Source: the human T2T-CHM13v2.0 reference genome, Homo sapiens. From it: a stretch of 64,000 nucleotides of DNA. The stretch's first letter is position 1; each line of letters opens with the position of its first letter. The DNA lies in assembly GCF_009914755.1 (NCBI RefSeq), contig NC_060934.1; one strand, 5' to 3'. The position numbers and the translations under genes are program-made. The notes under the pieces are model-generated. The model saw nothing but the letters and a program-made list of their open reading frames with translations. It was not told the origin of the DNA and did no database searches. Shown here one piece after another: positions 56,030 through 64,000 of this stretch.

Positions 56030-56185
56030 GATGACTGGTTTAGCTTCTGGGGTGACAGATGCTAGTCCTGGACCCCTCAGTCGTGACCCTCAGAAGGAAG
56101 TCCAGGATGACTGGTTTAGCTTCCGGGGTGACTGACGCTAGTCCCAGACCCCTCAGTTGTGGCCCTCGGAAGGAAGTCCAGGATG
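56030..56185. repeat. 76-bp tandem duplication
   Basis: gatgactggtttagcttc..gaaggaagtccag at 56030 and 56106, about 90% identical. Confidence 0.95.
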
Positions 56186-56539
56186 CAAAGGGGCCTTTCC
56201 ACCCCCTTGAAGTTCTGAGCACTCTTACGATGGTCCAACTGCTTCCTGGATTTTTTGTTAACTTCCTGTTCTTTAAACAATCTCTTCTTTTCTTATATCT
56301 TGCCTTGTTCCAGGAGTAGTTTCCTGATAAGAAAATCTCACTGAACTGTCTCAATTTCTAGACTCCTGTTTTGTGAGACTGCTAGCTTCCTAAAATTGTG
56401 TCAGATCAGCTCCCGGGAGAGGTAAACATTATTAGCAGGTGCACTGAGACTGTTATCTGCTAACAGCATCCAGCAGGAAAATGAGACAAAAGGAAAAAGG
56501 ATGTTTATTTAATTTTAGTGTAAAATTGTATAAATAAAT

Positions 56540-58345
56540 GAAGCCATGGAGAAATTAGATATCTATAAGCAAAAGAAGAAACCTCAGCCTCACACCTTAT
56601 ACAAAAATTAGCTAAAAATGGATCATAGATTCAAGTATAAAACATAAAACTATACATTTAGACAATAACATAGGGCAAAATCTTCAAGACCTAGAGTTTG
56701 CAAACATGTCACCAAAACCACAATCCATAAAAGAAATAAATCAATAAATTGGATTTCATCAAAAAAGGCTTGGCTCTTTGAAGGACCCTGTTAGCCTTAA
56801 GATCATGTGCAGAGAAGGACCCTGTTGAGAGAAGATACAGACTGGAAGAATATACTTGCAAACCACATATCTGACAAAGGATTGTTATCTAGACATGTAA
56901 AGAACACTTAAATACAACAGTAAAGCAAACAAGCCAATTAGAAAATGTGCAAAAGACATGAAGAGACATTTCACTAAAAAGGACATGTGGATGACGAAAA
57001 AGCACGTGGAAAGATGTTCAACATTACTCGCTGTTAGAGAGATGCGATGAGTTCTTATTACACACCTATTGGCTCAGCTAAATTAGAAAAGAGTAACCAC
57101 ACCAGACGCTGGTGAGGACATGGAGAAACAGGATCATCCACACATTGCTGGTGTGGGTATCAAAGGTGTAGGCCACTCCGGAGAACAGGCAGCTCCTTAG
57201 AAACTAAACATACACTTCCCAGTAGGACTCGGCAGCTGCTCTCCTGGCCATTTATCCAGAGAAATGAAAACTTCCGTTTGCAGAAACAACTGTGCATGGT
57301 CGCTTATGGCAGCGTTATCTGTAATAGCAAAAAAATGGAACTCTCCAAAATGCCCCTCACTCGGTGGACGGGTAGGCAAGCTGTGGCCATCCACACCCGG
57401 GAATATTACTCAGCAAAGACAGCAGCAAGCTACAGGTAGATCTCAAGGGCATTATGCTGAGTGAAAGAAGCCAACCCCGACAGGTCCCATGCTGTAGAAT
57501 TCAATTAATATAACATTATCAAAATGACAAAGTGATAGTGATAGGAAACAGATTGGTGGCTGTCGTGAGCTAGAGATGGTGGAGTTGGGGAGGGGAGGAG
57601 CGTGTGACTGTAAACATGTAAGTATTCATTTTCCAGGGTTACCATAACACATGATCACAAACTGGGTGGCTTAATACAATTGGAATTTATCCTCTTACCA
57701 TTCTGAAAACTAGGAGTCTGAAATCATGGCGTGGGCAGGGCCACACTCCCTCTGAAGGCCCTAGGGGGGATCCGGATCTCTCTTCCCCTCTCCCAGCTTC
57801 CAGGGTCCGCTGAGCGTCCTTGGCATCCTTGGCTCCTAAATGCATCCGTCCAGCCTCTGCGTCCATCTTCCCATGGCCTCCCCCAATGTGGACTTCTGTG
57901 CCTCTTCCCCGCTTCTCACGAGGAGACCAGTTGTTGGATTTGGAGCCCGCCCGACTCCAGTATGACCTCATCCATCTTCTCTTGATTACATCCATAAAGA
58001 CCCTATTTTCAAATAAGGTCATAGTCAGCATGACTAGGGCCAAGGACTTCACTCCAACCTATTGTTTTGGGGGACACAATTCCACCAGGTAGCTCCAGGG
58101 AGATCTTAATGGTGATAAAATGTCCTGTACGTCCATCACAGAGGTGGCTGCACAGATGTGCACAGGGGGTAACATGGTACCAGGCACACCTTGTACCAGG
58201 GACAGCTTCCTGGGTTTCTGTTGTGCTATAATCATGCAGGATTCACCCACTGGGAGAAACTGTATAAAGGAGACAAAGGACATCTCTGTAGTAGCTTTTC
58301 AACTTCGTATGAATCTATAAATATTTTAAAATACAAATTTTAAAA
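56540..58345 (+). mobile_element. L1MC3-like ORF2 end and 3' UTR, split by an MLT1 LTR
   Basis: ctcacaccttatacaaaaatta..atatctgacaaagg..gatctcaagggcattatgctgagtgaaa..[LTR]..ggacatctctgta..tatgaatctata. Confidence 0.85.
57617..58087 (-). mobile_element. MLT1B/C-like MaLR solo LTR nested in L1
   Basis: cacaaactgggtggctta..ggcagggccacactccctctgaagg..aagaccctattttcaaataaggtca..gggggacacaattc. Confidence 0.85.
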
Positions 58346-60687
58346 AGCAAACAAAAATATCTCACTTCTACGTTCCCCCTCTTGCCTGCATCCACAGGTC
58401 AAAGTAAGTCACATAATCTCTGCTGTGTGGGAGACACACACACCCCACAAACAAACACAGCCCACATCTATGTCATTTGCAGGCTGACTTGAGTTTTAAA
58501 ACAGTTCTGGGCACGAATGTGTGGTTTTCTCTGTAGGAGCAGACAGGGCTTTCTTCCAGCCAGAAAATTCACAGTTCAATTGAGGAAATGATGAACATCA
58601 ATTGAAAAACAATTCCAAAATACTTCACAAAATTGCCTTTCATGGTTTTTCACTTGCTTATTTCTTTTTACACTTGGCCAATGGGTCAGACCCCATTTCC
58701 CCGAGTGATCAAGAATAACCGAATGAGCTGAATCTTTGAGAACAATTAGAGTCCTAGAGTCCTGTCAACTCTGCTAGGAAACACGTAGTTCTTGGTGAGT
58801 CCAGTGTCTTTCAGTGAAATTTGGTTTTCCTTCAAAGCCATCCACATGTATTGTGTTTAGAAGCCTGAAGGAAAGGCTGGGGGATTTGGCATCCATGTGC
58901 TCACCACAATAGTTTATCGTGTCAGCTTATTTTTGATGTGGATTTTGTTTTGAAGTGCCTTGGAGCTATTGACTCATTTTGGAAAGAAAACAAAATAACC
59001 AACACATTTATATTCCATTTTGTTTACTAATATGTTAAGGCAGTCGCTTTTACTGTAGACCTAACAGAAACTCTTTTAAAACCTCATCATGTGGAAATTA
59101 AAAATATGGCTTTAGCAATAAACATAAATGCAGAACAGCTTCATTGAAACATCTCTGAACCTGCTGGCTACCTTGGCTGTTGGGGTTGGATGGCATGCAA
59201 AGTGACATATTTATTTCCTGTCTCACTATTGATGACTGTTGCATAGGATACATACTTTATTCTTTGTTAATGTCATACACTCAGGCTAAAGGGTTGAGAC
59301 CTTAATAGGTAGTCTTTCTGAGCTCTGATGTTTCGACTGTGCAAGCCAAACTCACAATGTGGAAAATGGAACATTTTATGAAGTTCATACATTTTCAAAA
59401 TTGCTCCTACAATGATGCCTTTGTTTTGTGTTAGGACTGGAAAGATGGCTCCTATCTATTCCAAATAACTCCAATATCGCCTCAAGTGAAGAGGAAAGCC
59501 TCATATTTCAAGGCCACTGACTGGAACCCATTCACATGCCACAGGGAGACGGATGCCGTTGTTTTTTTTACGGCAAAGGAAACAGTGATGTATTGGAGTC
59601 TCATCACGCCGTCTCTCCATCATCACAAGCCATTCTGGCTTGTGTAGCACGATTAAAATGTTATGTCTCCCAGTGAGCTAGTAAATATCAACACTTTCTC
59701 TCTTTCTGTATGTGTGTCCCTTTTTAGTGGATAAAGCCATTTGTTGACAAAAGTATGGACATTCTTATGGGATTGTTTTTGGAAAAGGATAACATGTAAT
59801 TTCAAATTCAACATACGGTAGTGGTCAAATTGTGTTCCTACTGTGGAAAATGCTTGAATAATAACCTACTGCATTCTCTTGGCCAGTACACAGAGCACAA
59901 CTTGATGAATTTCACCAGTTTCCCTTCATCTCCTCCTTTGGCTCCCATCCCATTCTGCAAGAGCTGATAAATCTCATATCCCCTGAAGATTATTACAGTT
60001 CCTAATAGTCTTATGACATCAGAAGGAAGCCAGGCTCAGTGGCACAAAATACATCTAACAAATGAAATCACATAAATAATTTAGTTTTCACAATTTAATT
60101 TTTATAGTTTTTCTTTTGTTGTGGTTGCTGCTATTATTTATGGGGCATAATAAGGACTGTAGGTTTACGCTGCAGTTAAAAAATGGGGAACATTTTAACC
60201 TCAAACATGTCAATGTTGTTACTACCCTTCACTGTTGACCATGCTCAGCTATTCAATTTCAGCCTAAGGTTGTACATGTGTTCATAAATTATACCATCAG
60301 AGAGGCAAATGCAGAAAGAAAAAAATTAGCTTATTTTCTTATAACAAATATTTTTCTCTCTTTAAAAATGAGCCTGGGGCCAATTTTATGCATCTGTGTT
60401 TCAAAGTAACCTGCATCAACTTGGGATCATCAGTAACTATCTCTCCAGAATCCTATGGCTCTTAAGAACAGCAACATATCTATTAAGCCCCCTGCATGCC
60501 AGGGCCTCTGCTCAGCACTGGGGTGGATGTCAGGCAATTATGATGCATGCCCTTGTTCTCAAAGAGTTAACCCTTCATCAACACACACCCATTCAGTAGG
60601 TAATTGAGAAAGCAACACAGAAAGTCTATTTGACACTATGGATGTAAAGATTGGCCTGGGATTTGTTTTATAATAGCTTTAAATTAT

Positions 60688-60856
60688 TTCCTTCCTTCCT
60701 TCCTTCCTTCCTTTCTTCCTTCCTTCCTTCCTTCCTTCTTTCCTTCCTCCTTTCCTCTCCTTTCCTCCCTCCTTTCCTCTCCTTTCCTCCCTCCTTTCCT
60801 CTCCTTTCCTCTTTCTTTCTTTCCTTCCTTCCTTCTTTCCTTCTTTCTTTCTTTTT
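60688..60856. repeat. (TTCC/TTTC)n polypyrimidine tract (Alu tail derived)
   Basis: About 170 bp of C/T only, including (TTCC)6 and (TTCC)5. Confidence 0.95.
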
Positions 60857-61148
60857 TGACAAGGTCTGGCTTTGTAGCCCAGGCTGAAGTGCAGTGGCAC
60901 AATCATAGCTAACTGCAGCCTTGATATCCTGCGCTCAAGTGATCCTCCTGCCTCAGCCTCCTGAGTAGCTGGGACCACAGGTACACATCACCATATCTGG
61001 CTAATTTTGTATTTTTAAATTTTTTTTCATAGAGACTGAGGTCTTGTTATGTTGCCCAGGCTGGTCTTGAACTCCCGGCCTCAAGCCATCCACCCACCTC
61101 AGCCTCTCGAACATTGGGATCACAGGCATGAGCCACCACACAGGAACC
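60857..61148 (-). mobile_element. AluJ
   Basis: Antisense Alu with atcatagctaactgcagcc and gctcaagtgatcctcc. Confidence 0.92.
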
Positions 61149-61166
61149 CAAATAAAAATATTTGTG

Positions 61167-61320
61167 GTAGCCAGGTGTGCTGGTGCGTGCCTGTAATCCC
61201 AGCTACTCCGGAGTTGCTTGAACCCAGGAGGCGGAGTTTGCAGTGAACCGAGATTGTGCCACTGCACTCCAGCCTTGGTGACAGAGTGAGACTCTGTCTC
61301 AAAAAAAAAAAAAAAAAAAA
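61167..61320 (+). mobile_element. Truncated AluS right monomer with internal deletion
   Basis: tagccaggtgtgctggtgcgtgcctgtaatcccagctactc..A20; TSD-like ttgtggt on both sides. Confidence 0.9.
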
Positions 61321-62556
61321 TTGTGGTGAGCATTACATAAAATGTTAGATTTACAATGTAATTAATGGAGATGTCATACTTAAAGTTATGTTGGGACAAG
61401 TCTGCTGTGTCACCATAATTTCTCAAACCTTAGTTGATTGAAACCAGGTCTAAAAGCTTAAACAAATCCTAACGCTTAGTTCTTCTTATAGAGAGATCTG
61501 AATTGCTTTTCCTCGAACATCTTATGGTAGGGGCAATGCTAGTCCCTGGGAGTACAAGGCAGAGCCCAGCATACCCTTAGTAGGGTCCAGTCTTCCTAAG
61601 AATGGCGGGGAAGGGGACGTGAAGGGCACTGACATTCACTGAATGCCTGGCAAACCTCTGGAGACAGATATCAGTCGTCTTGCCTTTCACGCACACACGG
61701 AATCTCCCAAACTTAAAGAACTCAAGCAAGAGTTCATCGAGTCTCTTGAGTATGTGGGTGGGTGGACAGTGGTCCTTCTGCCGGCCTTGCATGTTGGGGC
61801 CCCAGCAGGGGTCCCTCAGTTCTTCTCCGCATGTCCCCGTTCCTCTGATAGACCAGATAGCTTTTTCTACATGGCTCTGAGGGCCCCAAGAGAGTAAATA
61901 CTTGCTGGATCTCTTATGGGCTTGGCCCAAAATTGGCATAGGACAACCTCTACTGCCTCCATTGGTCAAACCAAATCACCAAGTGAGCCGGGGTTCAAGG
62001 CGGGGAAACAGACTCCACCGCCGGTGGAAAGAGGGGTGTTCAGGTGCTGGAGGGGGTTGTTGGTGCCATCGTTGCAGACCTACTCACATCTGCCTCCATA
62101 GCACCCGTGCGTCTTCACAGCAATCATCTAAAGAAAGGGGTTTAGTTATTTTTATTTTTGGTCTATTTTTTAGATGAGAAAACTGAGGATTAGAGATATA
62201 AAGAAATAATTACCTGAAGTTCTCTAAACATTGGTAGGAGTATTTGTTAAAAATCAATGGGCTTCGGATAAGACAGACTGGCAATGAAATGCCTTTCCCA
62301 TTTACTGCCTAGAAAACTGAGGGCAGTATATTTATCTTTTCTATAGAGTAAGGATAATGCCTATCTCGGAGCTGAGCAGGAAGGTGTACGTGAGCTGCTC
62401 AGCCTGGGGCCTGTAAGTAGCCAGTCCTCAGGGTTCACATATGACTGAAGAACGCTGAGTTGGTGGCCAAGAGCTGTGACTTCCAGTCTCAGTCAGTTAC
62501 TACTTGACTGTTAAAATGTGAAGAAATAATTTGAAGTCCCTAAAATAAATGTTTTA

Positions 62557-62865
<309 letters not shown>

Positions 62866-63213
62866 TATACAAATGAAAATATTTGATGACCTTCAAGATT
62901 CCTTCCTTGAACAGGTTTTTAAAATCAGTTCTATTTGCAAATTTATAAACAACCAGGTTACCATGGTAATTAAAATCAGAGTGGAAAAGAGAGATGAAAA
63001 TTAGCATAGTGTGTAAAGAACTATTGCCAAGTCGAAACGACAGAAAATAATGTTTCAATAGATATATGGGAAAATTGTCAAGAATTGTCATAATAGACAA
63101 TTAATGAAAGAATTGCAAGTGGTCAGACCTCCAGTGGAAACATACCTAACCTCAATAATAATCAAAGATATTCAAATATAAACAAAGATGAGCTATTAAT
63201 ATTCATTTGTTAA

Positions 63214-63815
<602 letters not shown>

Positions 63816-64000
63816 AATGTTGGTGGTATAGCATCAAAATCTTTCAAGGGATCAGTTTGGCAATATTTATCAAGAGCATTAAAAATTCACCTTTGACCCA
63901 ATAATTTCAGCCTTTAGAAATGTAGAGATATGTGCACCAATGATAAACACATTTATTGCAGTGTAATTTACAAGATTTCAACCCAGAAAGCTACTTAAAT

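Noticed and set aside
59544-59617. Hammerhead ribozyme, tRNA or C/D snoRNA reading of the three-way junction
   Set aside because: No CUGAnGA core and no T or D loop consensus; the minus-strand GUGAUGA lies inside a stem without a matching D-box terminal stem
61643-61897. ORF containing KLKELKQEFIESLE, which looks helical
   Set aside because: Short, unrecognised, no convincing splice sites

Overview
Primate (most likely human) non-coding genomic DNA, either intronic or intergenic. I cannot support any protein-coding gene, tRNA, rRNA or CRISPR array, and I could not place the locus on a chromosome. The long ORFs in the track come from tandem repeats, low-complexity tracts or Alus. The window holds about 20 Alu elements or fragments (many with visible target-site duplications, one AluY nested in inverted orientation inside an AluJ). 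It also holds several solo LTRs (THE1D, MER4A, a MER93-like ERV1 LTR, MLT1 and MLT2), old L1/HAL1, L2 and MIR fragments, and DNA transposons (MER53, MER5, MARNA, hAT-Charlie). Tandem arrays are unusually dense (6, 30, 37, 38, 44, 76, 116 and 134 bp periods) and there are CpG-rich patches in unique sequence, which suggests a distal, high-recombination chromosomal region. Repeat-poor blocks (about 13-18, 18.6-19, 21-25, 46.6-50.4 and 58.4-60.4 kb) carry plausible enhancer motifs. I found no new biological system that the sequence alone can establish. The best leads are a compact three-way-junction RNA-like fold at 59544-59617, a MER53 miR-1302-like hairpin with a compensatory seed change, an RFX/FOX/MEIS motif cluster, a possible 21-nt microexon, and the nested inverted Alu. 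Repeat family names come from my recall of consensus sequences, not from a database search.
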